64,000 nucleotides of DNA from Clostridia bacterium (GCA_050950825.1 JBMNIH010000007.1:64001-128000); one strand, 5' to 3'; shown: positions 25,154 to 35,078, counted from the stretch's first letter. Made by a program: numbers and translations. The notes: generated from the sequence alone by a model not told the origin.

Positions 25154-27432
25154 TGAATAACACCTCCGATTTCAAGGGCTTTCTTTTGGGTTTCCATGAT
25201 ATTATAGAATTCACCCTTCTTCTCTATCAATTCGTCATGGGTTCCTATTTCCACGATTCGTCCGTTGTCTATAACAAGGATTCGATCCGCACTTCTTAAC
25301 GTGGACAGTCTGTGAGCGATTACCAATGTGGTCTTGTTCTTAATCAGCCTATCCAAGGCGCTTTGTATTTTAATCTCCGTTTCGGTATCTACCGAAGCGG
25401 TAGCCTCGTCCAGAATCAAAACATCCGGATTGTGAAGAATGGTGCGAGCAATGGATACCCGCTGCCTTTCACCGCCGGATAAGTCTTGGCCTTCTTTTCC
25501 GATTAATGTATCGTATTTGTCCGGCAATTTCATAATAAAGTCATGGGCACCCGCCGCAATGGATGCTTGAATAATATCCTCCGGATGTGCATCCGGCCGG
25601 CCGTAGGATATGTTTTCCGCGATGGTTCCGGAAAACAAGAACGTATCCTGCATAACCATACCGATCTTCGAATGAAGATCATCCAGTTTATACTCTTTAA
25701 TATTAATCCCGTCGATAAGGATTTGTCCTTCGTCCACATCGTAAAGGCGGGTAATCAAGTTAGCTAACGTAGATTTCCCCGCACCGGACTTACCGACGAT
25801 TCCGATAGTCTCTCCGGGCCTGATCTCCAAGCTGATGTTATGAATGACCGGTTTGTTGGGCTCGTAGCTGAAGGAAACGTTCTTCAATTCGATATGTCCC
25901 TTTGCTTTGTCCATGGGATAAGCGTTTTGAATCTCGTAAATGTCCGGCACGGCATCGATGATTTCAAATATTCTTTGTCCGGCCGTCATGGTGTCGGACC
26001 ACCAATTGACAAGGTCCGACATGTATTGTATCGGCTGGTAAAGCATTCCTAAGTACATATTGAATGCCACCAAGCTTCCGAAGCTTAAATTTCCCTGTAT
26101 AACTTGGTAGCCGCCGTATCCCCACACGATCAGCGATCCCGTGCTGATTAATAAATGCATCAACGGGAAGGCGGTGGATGCATAGGTGGAAATATTGATT
26201 ACCGAATCGGTAAACCGACCGTTGGCACGCACAAAACGATCGATTTCATTTTTCTCTTTCCCGAAGGCTTTAACGACACGGAATCCGGTTAACGTGTCGT
26301 TGACCAATGCATTCAAATACCGAACAGTTCGATAGCGTTTGGTATGCAAGGTATTCAGCGTAGGGAATATGACTTTGGATATGTACAAAACAAGGGGCAC
26401 CGGCAGTAAAATGAGGAAGGTTAGCTTCACATTCATGGAAAACAGCACCGCCAAGGTACCTACCATAACAAAGGCATTGACTACGACGTAAGGCATACCG
26501 TCGTGGAAAAAGTATGTCAATCGGCTGGAGTCGTTGTTTACGCGGGTCAGCAAGCTACCGGTTTCTTTGCTGCTGAAAAACCGCATGGACAATTCCTGCA
26601 TGGCTCGGAACACGTTGACTTTAATATCGTAAACCACGTTGGTGGCTAAAAAGGCGTTGATACGCCCTTGGATGATGGAAAAGATCAAAAAGATCAACTG
26701 GGCGGCGGCAATCAAAAGAATGACCTGCCCGATCTTACCGTAATACCGTCCATCGGCAGCCAACGCTTCGTCAAACAGGATGTTTCCGTTTACGTAGGGA
26801 CGGAAAATGTTCGCGGTGGCACTGAGCAGCATGAATACGATAAGCAATGCGGCTCGTAATTTGTAATTCTTCATGTAGGAAAGAATACGGATGAAAATGG
26901 AGCGTTTATCAATACAGTGAGGGCAAACCTTCCTACCGGGATCCGGATAATACCTTCCGCATTTAGGACAAACATTCTTTGTTTGCTCCTGCATAATTTC
27001 ATGAAGACGAATTTCTTCGTTGTTTTTCAGCTTGCTATGAATTCTTGCCAAGATTCCGAAGTCTTTTTGTCTTGTAGCCGTAAAACGGCACAAGTAAACA
27101 TCGGTACCGTCTTCCATTTCGGCTATAAGTACGCCACCGGATACCATGTCGTTTATGAGAATACTTTTGATGTCGCCGATCGGATATTCTTTTACTTCTT
27201 TTAAATTAAAAGTAGATTCTTCCTCGGCACTCTTTCCTTTTTTCTTTCGGGAAAAGGATGTACCTTGAAGAATGTAAAGCTTTTCTTTTGTAATGATCAG
27301 CCAATTTTCGCTGAACAGCCCCGAATAATCCAAATCGGAAGGTGCGGCAAACAAAACATCCTCTCTGTCTAATTCCAAGGCCTTTAGTTCATTGTCCAAG
27401 TATTTAGGCAATAAGTCACCGGCTTTCATCAT
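25150..27432 (-). CDS. ABC exporter (TMD-NBD) with N-terminal extension and Zn ribbon
   Basis: GKSGAGKST, LSGGERQR, ILDEAT, AHRL; CPKC-x11-CPHC. Confidence 0.92.
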   Translation of the reverse strand: MMKAGDLLPKYLDNELKALELDREDVLFAAPSDLDYSGLFSENWLIITKEKLYILQGTSFSRKKKGKSAEEESTFNLKEVKEYPIGDIKSILINDMVSGGVLIAEMEDGTDVYLCRFTATRQKDFGILARIHSKLKNNEEIRLHEIMQEQTKNVCPKCGRYYPDPGRKVCPHCIDKRSIFIRILSYMKNYKLRAALLIVFMLLSATANIFRPYVNGNILFDEALAADGRYYGKIGQVILLIAAAQLIFLIFSIIQGRINAFLATNVVYDIKVNVFRAMQELSMRFFSSKETGSLLTRVNNDSSRLTYFFHDGMPYVVVNAFVMVGTLAVLFSMNVKLTFLILLPVPLVLYISKVIFPTLNTLHTKRYRTVRYLNALVNDTLTGFRVVKAFGKEKNEIDRFVRANGRFTDSVINISTYASTAFPLMHLLISTGSLIVWGYGGYQVIQGNLSFGSLVAFNMYLGMLYQPIQYMSDLVNWWSDTMTAGQRIFEIIDAVPDIYEIQNAYPMDKAKGHIELKNVSFSYEPNKPVIHNISLEIRPGETIGIVGKSGAGKSTLANLITRLYDVDEGQILIDGINIKEYKLDDLHSKIGMVMQDTFLFSGTIAENISYGRPDAHPEDIIQASIAAGAHDFIMKLPDKYDTLIGKEGQDLSGGERQRVSIARTILHNPDVLILDEATASVDTETEIKIQSALDRLIKNKTTLVIAHRLSTLRSADRILVIDNGRIVEIGTHDELIEKKGEFYNIMETQKKALEIGGVIQ

Positions 27433-27435
27433 ATA

Positions 27436-27549
27436 TCAAAACCTTTCTACACTATGAATTTGTGTTTTCGAAGGAAAAATAAAAGACAATCGAATTTTCG
27501 ACTCCCCTTGAATACAACCTAAACGTTTTTCGGTATATGACTTGCTCAT
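27436..27549 (-). CDS. putative 37-aa upstream ORF/leader peptide (MSKSYTEKRLGCIQGESKIRLSFIFPSKTQIHSVERF)
   Basis: GAGG 6 nt before ATG; stop 3 nt before the ABC gene start; no homology evidence. Confidence 0.3.
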   Translation of the reverse strand: MSKSYTEKRLGCIQGESKIRLSFIFPSKTQIHSVERF

Positions 27550-27606
27550 TTCATACCTCAAATTCAATTCCGTCGGTCGGGCCGAAAGGCCGTTAACGTC
27601 TCGATA

Positions 27607-27635
27607 ATCATAACACCCGGAAAAGCCGTTGTCAA
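27607..27635 (-). promoter_or_regulatory. sigma-A promoter (proximal) of the ABC/DUF1854 operon
   Basis: TTGACA-N17-TATGAT with TG extension on minus strand. Confidence 0.7.
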
Positions 27636-27728
27636 TTCCGTATATTTATTATAATAAAAGTTTCATATAAAAACAATTCATATATATAGCAAGAGATCGT
27701 TGCATCTCGGATTCTCCTTCGGATTTAA

Positions 27729-27775
27729 ACTGACTGGTCAGTATAAATGATATACCGAAAATTTTTCGTTGTCAA
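27729..27775 (-). promoter_or_regulatory. distal sigma-A promoter with palindromic operator over +1
   Basis: TTGACA-N17-TATCAT (27775-27747); ACTGAC-TG-GTCAGT inverted repeat at 27729-27742. Confidence 0.55.
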
Positions 27776-27890
27776 CAAAAAACGAGGACGGGTTTTACTT
27801 TTTTAAGCGGAATCGGCATTGAATTCCCATTGTTTAATAGGTTATCATATATTAATGATACTTTATGAATAAGGGAATGGAGTTTAGTCT

Positions 27891-28523
27891 TTGTTTGATT
27901 TGGTATACAACGAAGTAATGAAACTGCTGCAGTCGGCAAAGGGAAGCCACGACGCCGACCACACCCTGCGTGTGTTGAACATGGCAAGGCATATCGGGAA
28001 GGTGGAAAAAGCGGACATGCGGGTTGTCGAATACGCCGCTCTTTTACACGACATCGGAAGAGAGGCGGAGACGCGTTCTAAAGGAAAGCTTGACCATGCC
28101 GAGGTGGGAAGCCGTATGGCGGCGGAGATTTTAACGAAATACCAATTTGAAGCATCCTTCATACGCCATGTGGCCGAGTGTATTCGAACCCATCGGGCGA
28201 GAAGCGACAAGACCCCTTCGTCTTTGGAAGCAAAGGTTGTTTACGATGCGGATACCTTGGATGCCATGGGAGCGGTGGGCATTGCCCGATCTTTTGTGTT
28301 TGCAGGTGAAATCGGCGCTCGAGTACACAATTCCGACGTGGATATATTCAAAACCGAATCCTATACCAAAGAGGATACGGCTTACAGGGAATATATGGTG
28401 AAGCTTCGGCATTTAAAGGACAAGCTTTATACCGAAGAAGGCCGCCGCATCGGTTTGGAAAGAAGCCGTTTTATGGATGTATTTTTTGAAAGACTTAATA
28501 AAGAAGTCGAGGGGTTGTTATGA
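27891..28523 (+). CDS. HD-domain phosphohydrolase
   Basis: SHD..H..RV, ALLHDIG, VYDADTLDAMGA.G. Confidence 0.88.
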   Translation: MFDLVYNEVMKLLQSAKGSHDADHTLRVLNMARHIGKVEKADMRVVEYAALLHDIGREAETRSKGKLDHAEVGSRMAAEILTKYQFEASFIRHVAECIRTHRARSDKTPSSLEAKVVYDADTLDAMGAVGIARSFVFAGEIGARVHNSDVDIFKTESYTKEDTAYREYMVKLRHLKDKLYTEEGRRIGLERSRFMDVFFERLNKEVEGLL

Positions 28524-30172
28524 AATATTTTCTATACACGCTTTTGTTTTTAGCGGTACTTATTGTCCCGGATATTATTCAAAAAAAGCGCCGTGAAAAA
28601 AGACTGAAAAAATACATTGAGCAAGTGTGGGGAAGCGAAGAGGACCGGCTTGACGAGCCTGTAAAGGATTTTGATCCTATATCCGCTTTTTACAAGAATA
28701 TGGCTCGACAAGAGGATGGTTTTTTTATTGACGATATTACGTGGAACGACCTTCTGATGGATGATGTGTATAATCGAATCAACCATACCATGAGCGTATG
28801 CGGAGAACAGTACTTGTATTACATGATGCGGCGTACGGAAGAAGACGAAGCTTTGTTAAGAAAACGTATCGAAACCTTGGAATTGTTTCAAAAGAACCCG
28901 GACCAATTAAAGGACATACAATACCACTTGATGGAGTACGGAAAGAACCGAAGCTTCGACTTTTCCAAATACTTCTTTGAGCATTCGGGTGATATTGCGG
29001 AAAAGAATATAAGATATGTTTTGCAGGCGGTCCTTTTGCTATTATCTCCTCTTCTTTTTCTTATCGACCGGTCCCTTGGTATCGTTACGGCGTTTTTATT
29101 GGCCGGCAATATTATTACCCATTATACCGGCAGCAAACGTATCCGAAAAAATTTAACCGTATTAACGTGGATTGTGGATTTGATTAAGTGCGGCGAGAAA
29201 ATAAAGAGGAAAAATTATGCCGTCTTGAAAGACTTTCCTTTAAGAAAAGCCTTAAGAGATGTTCACTCCATGAAAATCAAGGGGTTTCATTATTTTATCT
29301 TTGAAAGCCAAAATATTATTTTGGAATATCTCAAGGCGGCTTTTTTGTTGGAGCTGATTCTTTACGGGAAATTCATGAAGCTGCTACAGGAAAAAAGGAA
29401 TGAATTTCTTCAATTATATTGCCTTCTCGGCAAAATCGATTCCTACATCTCCGTCGCTTCGGTAAGAGGGACCTATCCCGTTTGGTGTACCCCGGAATTT
29501 TTGCAAGAAGGCCCTTTGAGAACGATACAAAAAAAGGCGTACCATCCTTTGATATCTTATCCCGTTCCGAATGACCTATACATGGATAAATGCATTTTGA
29601 TTACGGGATCCAATGCATCCGGAAAATCGACTTTCTTAAAGACTGTCGCCATAAATGCCATCTTCGCACAGACGATTTGCACTTGTTTCGCCGAAAAATA
29701 CCGAAGCTCCATCGTGAACGTATATACCTCCATGGCTTTAAGAGACGATATCGTTTCGCAAGAAAGCTACTACATCGTGGAAATCAAATCCCTTAAAAGA
29801 ATTTTGGATGCGGTTGAGGTAAAAAAGAATGTTTTATGCTTTATCGACGAGGTATTAAGGGGAACGAACACCATCGAGCGTATTGCCGCTTCCTCGGAAA
29901 TATTGAAGAATTTCAGCCGGTCCGGGGCTTTGTGTATGGCGGCTACCCATGACATTGAGCTTGCCGAAATTTTGGCGGAGCTCTATGAAAACTATCATTT
30001 CCAAGAACATATTACCGATGACGATATCACCTTCGACTATATTCTCTACCCCGGAAAAACCGGAACTCGAAACGCCATACAGCTCCTTCGATTAATGGGT
30101 TATCCTCCTGAAATCGTGGAAAAGGCTCATAATAACGCCCGGCGCTTTTTGGATACCGGCGCTTGGAGATAA
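28520..30172 (+). CDS. membrane-associated MutS-related ATPase (domain V only)
   Basis: ITGSNASGKSTFLK, SYYIVE, IDEVLRGTN, ATHD; N-terminal and internal TM segments; no mismatch-binding domain. Confidence 0.85.
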   Translation: MKYFLYTLLFLAVLIVPDIIQKKRREKRLKKYIEQVWGSEEDRLDEPVKDFDPISAFYKNMARQEDGFFIDDITWNDLLMDDVYNRINHTMSVCGEQYLYYMMRRTEEDEALLRKRIETLELFQKNPDQLKDIQYHLMEYGKNRSFDFSKYFFEHSGDIAEKNIRYVLQAVLLLLSPLLFLIDRSLGIVTAFLLAGNIITHYTGSKRIRKNLTVLTWIVDLIKCGEKIKRKNYAVLKDFPLRKALRDVHSMKIKGFHYFIFESQNIILEYLKAAFLLELILYGKFMKLLQEKRNEFLQLYCLLGKIDSYISVASVRGTYPVWCTPEFLQEGPLRTIQKKAYHPLISYPVPNDLYMDKCILITGSNASGKSTFLKTVAINAIFAQTICTCFAEKYRSSIVNVYTSMALRDDIVSQESYYIVEIKSLKRILDAVEVKKNVLCFIDEVLRGTNTIERIAASSEILKNFSRSGALCMAATHDIELAEILAELYENYHFQEHITDDDITFDYILYPGKTGTRNAIQLLRLMGYPPEIVEKAHNNARRFLDTGAWR

Positions 30173-30463
30173 TCAAGCAACGGCCGCCCGGTAAATCCAA
30201 TAAGCATGAAGCCCGATTACGAACAATAAGACAAAGGTTACAAAGCCGATTAGCCTTCGATAGGCTTTTATATTGCCTTTTTTAATGGAATAAAGAAGAT
30301 AGCATATGAGCAAAGCCAAAAGGGTCCTCAACAGGGTACCGGGCAGCAGCTTTAAATTCATAAACCCTTTCATGAAGGGATTGGCTTCTATAATATATCC
30401 CCATTGAAGACCGATATAGGTAAGAAGGTAGTCCGCCATGAACAGCACAAAAAACAGTATCAT
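30173..30463 (-). CDS. DUF5658-like small membrane protein
   Basis: D.LLTYIGL..G..EANP.M motif, three hydrophobic segments. Confidence 0.7.
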   Translation of the reverse strand: MILFFVLFMADYLLTYIGLQWGYIIEANPFMKGFMNLKLLPGTLLRTLLALLICYLLYSIKKGNIKAYRRLIGFVTFVLLFVIGLHAYWIYRAAVA

Positions 30464-30545
30464 TCTCTTTCATCCTTTTACTTTACTGAAGGGGATTATA
30501 TCCGGATAGAAAGATCGTATACGTTTTTTGAATTTCCAAATAACA

Positions 30546-30577
30546 AAAGGGCGAATTGCCCGAGCAATTCACCCTTT
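30546..30577 (-). terminator. terminator after MoxR gene
   Basis: AAAGGGCGAATTGC/GCAATTCACCCTTT stem. Confidence 0.7.
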
Positions 30578-30596
30578 CATGGCGAAAGAAACTTTT

Positions 30597-31550
30597 TTAA
30601 AGCTTTTCCGTAGGGACTTCGATTTTCTTTAATAAATCTTCAATGACCAATTCGGCGTTTTCCACACCGGTAGAGACGGAGTGTCCTCTTAAAATCAAGC
30701 GGTGGGCCAAAATGGAAGGAGCCATAGCCTTTACATCGTCCGGCGTTACGTAATCCCTTCCTTGCATGGCGGCGAAAGCTTGGGCGCCGTTCATCAGCGC
30801 AAGGCTTCCTCGAGGGCTTACGCCTAAAAGGATGCGATCATGCTGCCTCGTACCGAAGATAATTCGAACAATGTAATTTTTCACGTCTTCGGAAACATGG
30901 ACTTGTCGGAACAGATTTTGGGCTACGATAATATCCTCTCCGGTGCAAACCTCTTCTAAATTCTCCAAAGGATCTTCCGTTTGAAAGCGCGACAGGATGC
31001 CGGCTTCTTCGTCCGCATTCGGGTATCCCATGCGGAGCCTCATGAAAAAACGGTCCATCTGGGCTTCCGGAAGAGGGAAGGTTCCTTGGGTTTCCACCGG
31101 GTTTTGGGTGGCGATGACGAAGAAAGGAAGTGCCAGCTTCATGGTCGTACCGTCGATGGTCACCTGCCGTTCCGCCATACATTCCAATAAACTGGACTGG
31201 GTTCGAGGTGTAGCACGGTTGATTTCGTCGGCTAACAGGATATTGGTAAATACCGGCCCTTCGCGAAATACGAAATCACCGGTTTTTTGATTGTAGTAGT
31301 TAATACCCGTTAAGTCCGAAGGCAACAAGTCCGGGGTGAACTGGATTCTTTTGAACGTAGCTTGGATGGACCGAGCTACGGACTTTGCCAACATGGTCTT
31401 TCCCGTTCCGGGAACATCTTCGATCAATACATGACCGGAGCAGATCAGGGCTACGATTACCTTTCGAATGACGTCTTCCTTTCCCACAATGACTTTGTTC
31501 ATATTGCGGATGATACGATCGGCTAAAGATTTGATTGTGCTTACATCCAT
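30597..31550 (-). CDS. MoxR family AAA+ ATPase
   Basis: EDVPGTGKT, RIQFTPDLLPSD, LADEINRA, ATQNP, PEAQMDRF. Confidence 0.93.
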   Translation of the reverse strand: MDVSTIKSLADRIIRNMNKVIVGKEDVIRKVIVALICSGHVLIEDVPGTGKTMLAKSVARSIQATFKRIQFTPDLLPSDLTGINYYNQKTGDFVFREGPVFTNILLADEINRATPRTQSSLLECMAERQVTIDGTTMKLALPFFVIATQNPVETQGTFPLPEAQMDRFFMRLRMGYPNADEEAGILSRFQTEDPLENLEEVCTGEDIIVAQNLFRQVHVSEDVKNYIVRIIFGTRQHDRILLGVSPRGSLALMNGAQAFAAMQGRDYVTPDDVKAMAPSILAHRLILRGHSVSTGVENAELVIEDLLKKIEVPTEKL

Positions 31551-31607
31551 TGTTAACTTCCTTTACTCTTATTGATTCATGCTTATATTCGTAAGTCGGA
31601 CAGATGT

Positions 31608-32663
31608 TTATCCGACACTAAACGTTTCAAAAGTAATCGATGTGGTTTCCTCGGTTTCTTTCTTCTTATCTTTTCTGTAGTTTACCGTTTCTTTTTGGGT
31701 GCCGTTGGGGTGAATGCGGTAGGTGGCTTTGTATTCCCCGGATACTTCGGAGAAGTAATACAGGCGGTTATCCGCAATATTAATATACTTGCCCGGTTCC
31801 GTCGTAAGAGCGATTTTACCGCTTCCGTCCAAATGGGTTCGGTACACAAAACCGTCTTGATCGTAATTGGAATAGAAAATATAGTCTTGGTAAACGTTCA
31901 AATGCCAGCAGTCGTCTTCAATCAAAAGCTCCCTGCCGGTGCCGTCCGGTCGGATTCTGTAAACCTTATCGTCATCCGAACGATTGACGTAGTAGATGAA
32001 GCCGTCCCATACGTTAATATTGCGGGCGCTATCGTCGCATACTTTTTTAATGTCGCTGCCGTCAAGAGAAGCGCTGTAAAGCTTTTCATTGTCGTACCGG
32101 TCGATAAAATACATTCGATCTTCCGTTACGGCAAGCCCCCAGCTGGATTTTTCCACGATCTTTTTGAGATTTTTTCCGTCCAAATTCATGCAATAAATAT
32201 AGGAGTTGTCACCGTCATGGGTGAAATAGATGGTGTCGTTGATAATATTGATATCGTAAGCAGGAACCTCCGCTATCAATTTTTTCTCTTCCCCTATTTG
32301 ATTGACCGAGTAGATATAGCCCTTGTCGGAATAATTCATATAATACAACGTGCCTTTATAGTAATTTAAATACCTGGCCGTATCCGACACGATTACTTTT
32401 TGTTCCCCGTTCAGCTTGTTGATGGAAACAATGGATCCTCCTTTGTATAAATCCACGTAGTAGATGTAATTGTCTCCCTCGGCTACCAAACCGCTGTTGG
32501 CAATATTCCCGGAGATGTTTCCTACATCCTCCGGCAAGCCGTATCCGATATTCGGAACCGGATGCTTAAGGGGTTGGAGCTCCATTTCCTTTTTACAACC
32601 GGTCATCGATATGATCATAAGGAGCGCGATTGCTACAATCGCAATTCGTTTCATTTTCTTCAT
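31608..32663 (-). CDS. DUF5050-like beta-propeller lipoprotein
   Basis: Lipobox MTGC after hydrophobic signal; GNI.NSG and repeated IYY...Y....LDG blades; start uncertain. Confidence 0.75.
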   Translation of the reverse strand: MKKMKRIAIVAIALLMIISMTGCKKEMELQPLKHPVPNIGYGLPEDVGNISGNIANSGLVAEGDNYIYYVDLYKGGSIVSINKLNGEQKVIVSDTARYLNYYKGTLYYMNYSDKGYIYSVNQIGEEKKLIAEVPAYDINIINDTIYFTHDGDNSYIYCMNLDGKNLKKIVEKSSWGLAVTEDRMYFIDRYDNEKLYSASLDGSDIKKVCDDSARNINVWDGFIYYVNRSDDDKVYRIRPDGTGRELLIEDDCWHLNVYQDYIFYSNYDQDGFVYRTHLDGSGKIALTTEPGKYINIADNRLYYFSEVSGEYKATYRIHPNGTQKETVNYRKDKKKETEETTSITFETFSVG

Positions 32664-32814
32664 CTTTATATTAAGCAAAGATCTTTCGGCCGGTGCCGAA
32701 AGCCTTCGATTGCTTTCCTCCGTTTCATTTAACGTACTTAACCCGTTTTTGCTCTTTTTATTATACCATACCATGGCGATGACACAAACACGAAATTTTG
32801 CCAAAGGGATGGAC

Positions 32815-33750
32815 TCAGACGTTGAGGACCTTTTGAAGAACCCGCATAAAGTTCTTGCCTGCAATCATTTCCACTTGTTGTTCCGTATAGTTTAAAGAAT
32901 ACAGTTTTTCCGCCAGACGAGGCAAGCATTGAACTCCTTCGAGCCCTTTCGGTGTTCTAGCGATGCCGTCGAAATCGGATCCGAATCCGATATGCTCGAT
33001 GCCGATCAATCCGGCTATGTATTCAATGTGTTTTATAACATCGTTTATATCGGCTTGTTCGCTGTCGCATAAAAAAGCGGGGCAAAAGTTGATGCCTACA
33101 ACACCGCCGTTCTCCTTTAAGGCATATAGCTGCCGGTCGTCCAAGTTCCTTCGATGTCCGCAAAGGGCTTGGGCATTGGAATGAGAGGCAATGATCGGAT
33201 GTTCGCTTTGTTCGATAACGTCCCAAAAGCCTTTTTTGTTAAGATGGGATACATCAATCACCATTCCCAACCGATTCATTTCGGACACAACGGATTTGCC
33301 GAAAGGAGTCAGTCCTCCGCCGGTATCGTCGAAAACACCGTCGGCAAGCGGGTTTCTGTAGTTCCAAGTAAGCCCCATGGCTCGGACTCCCAACCGATGG
33401 AGCATACGCAGTACCCCCAAATCGCGGGATAAAGCCTCTCCGCCTTCGATTGATAGAATGGCCGCCGCTTTGCCTTCCGAAAGGATACGCTCAATGTCTT
33501 CGGTGTTATAGGCGACTTCTAAGTACCGGGAATATTCTTTTTCCGCTTGGTATAGAATGTCGATTTGCTTTAGAGCGTTGGCCAAGGTGTAAGCTTCGTT
33601 TCCCGGCTTTACGAATACGGCAAAAAACTGTACGCTTTTTTTGTTTTCATACAGCCTCTTAATATCCAAATGGCCTTCGTTTTGAAAAATATCGATTTTT
33701 TTCTCCAAGACCTCCGACAGCGTGTCGCAGTGGGCATCTACAATGAGCAT
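32815..33750 (-). CDS. membrane dipeptidase (peptidase M19)
   Basis: DAHCD, SIEG, LTWN, IDVSH, ASHSN, GSDFDG. Confidence 0.92.
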   Translation of the reverse strand: MLIVDAHCDTLSEVLEKKIDIFQNEGHLDIKRLYENKKSVQFFAVFVKPGNEAYTLANALKQIDILYQAEKEYSRYLEVAYNTEDIERILSEGKAAAILSIEGGEALSRDLGVLRMLHRLGVRAMGLTWNYRNPLADGVFDDTGGGLTPFGKSVVSEMNRLGMVIDVSHLNKKGFWDVIEQSEHPIIASHSNAQALCGHRRNLDDRQLYALKENGGVVGINFCPAFLCDSEQADINDVIKHIEYIAGLIGIEHIGFGSDFDGIARTPKGLEGVQCLPRLAEKLYSLNYTEQQVEMIAGKNFMRVLQKVLNV

Positions 33751-33865
33751 AAAAACCTCCGCTATGAAAAAACCCTTTTGTTTTCTTATATTCTACCATT
33801 CTATTACACCCGGTAGGGAAATTAAACCGTAACACTCAAATATATTTAATGCTTTATATATATAA

Positions 33866-33902
33866 AAAACCTACCGTTCCTGATGACAAAACGGTAGGTT
33901 TT
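33866..33902 (-). terminator. terminator after the antiporter
   Basis: AAAACCTACCGTT/AACGGTAGGTTTT inverted repeat. Confidence 0.75.
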
Positions 33903-33909
33903 AAAAAAT

Positions 33910-35076
33910 CTAATCTTGTATTTCTCCCGCCTTCTTCAGCCCCATTTTCGTGATGACGGGCCCCGTGAGTTCATAAATTAACGTAGCGCACAGGATAACG
34001 GCCCGAATGCTTTGCCCGTATTGGGGTAAGGTGTTGGAGGCGATTAACGATAAACCGATGGCAACACCGGCTTGCGGTACCAAAGTAAACCCGATGTATT
34101 TTCTCACGGTGTCCGGAGTCTTCATTATGTAAGCTCCCAACCATGCACCCAAAACCTTTCCGACCACACGGATAATAAGGTACAGGATTCCGATAACCCC
34201 GATTTTGGGTATGACGGTTATGTCCAGTTCGGCACCGGAAACTACGAAAAACATAAGGAATATGGGGGGAGTAACGCTGTCTACGATACCAAAAATCTCT
34301 TTCCCCGAAGCGCTTGTGTTAACGAGGGCCATCCCCATGCTCATGCATAAAAGCAAAGCGGACAGATTCAGATACGAAGCAACGGCGACGCCTAAAAATA
34401 CGAATCCGCAGGTTATGATGAGTCTGTTGGACTGCTTTTTAAAATAGCGCAGGGGAAAGTTGAATAACAAACCGAGAATCAAACCCAAGGCGATGGACCC
34501 GAAGATCTCTATAAGAGGAGACAAGGCCGTAGCCCAAGCCGAGCTTTGGCCGGGATTCAGCATGGAATTGACTGTCGCCATGGCAAAACCGAATGCCATT
34601 ATGGCTACGGCGTCGTCCAAGGCTACCACGCTGAGCATGGTATTTGTTACGGGACCTTTTGCATTGTATTGTTTTACCACCATAATCGTGGCGGCCGGTG
34701 CCGTTGCCGCCGCAATGGCACCTAAAAGAAGCGAAATCTTCGTATCGAAGCCGCAAATAATCAAGACTCCGGATACCAAAACGGAGGCTAAGAGGGCTTC
34801 GAACAAAGCGATCACAATGGGGGTTGCTCCCGCTTTTTTCAAATAAGATAATTTGAATTCGGAACCGATGGAAAAGGCGATAAAGGCAAGAGCCATCTCG
34901 GAAATAAAATTCAGATTTTCAACGGTTTCCGAAGGAATCAGCTTCATAATATGAGGACCGATTAAAAGTCCTGCTATTAAGTAGCCCGTTACATTCGGTA
35001 ATTTTATCTGTTTTACAATACGACCAAAAAGAAGGCCGGAAAATAAAATCAAAGCCAAATAAAAAAAGGTGCTCAT
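33910..35076 (-). CDS. cation:proton antiporter (CPA2 type)
   Basis: LPNVTGYL.AG, ATAPAAT, VALDD, PQAGVAIGL; about 12 TM segments. Confidence 0.88.
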   Translation of the reverse strand: MSTFFYLALILFSGLLFGRIVKQIKLPNVTGYLIAGLLIGPHIMKLIPSETVENLNFISEMALAFIAFSIGSEFKLSYLKKAGATPIVIALFEALLASVLVSGVLIICGFDTKISLLLGAIAAATAPAATIMVVKQYNAKGPVTNTMLSVVALDDAVAIMAFGFAMATVNSMLNPGQSSAWATALSPLIEIFGSIALGLILGLLFNFPLRYFKKQSNRLIITCGFVFLGVAVASYLNLSALLLCMSMGMALVNTSASGKEIFGIVDSVTPPIFLMFFVVSGAELDITVIPKIGVIGILYLIIRVVGKVLGAWLGAYIMKTPDTVRKYIGFTLVPQAGVAIGLSLIASNTLPQYGQSIRAVILCATLIYELTGPVITKMGLKKAGEIQD

Positions 35077-35078
35077 AC

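Noticed and set aside
32664-32760. Hairpin CTTTCGGC/GCCGAAAG in the lipoprotein leader as a riboswitch
   Set aside because: Single stem with no recognisable aptamer motif.
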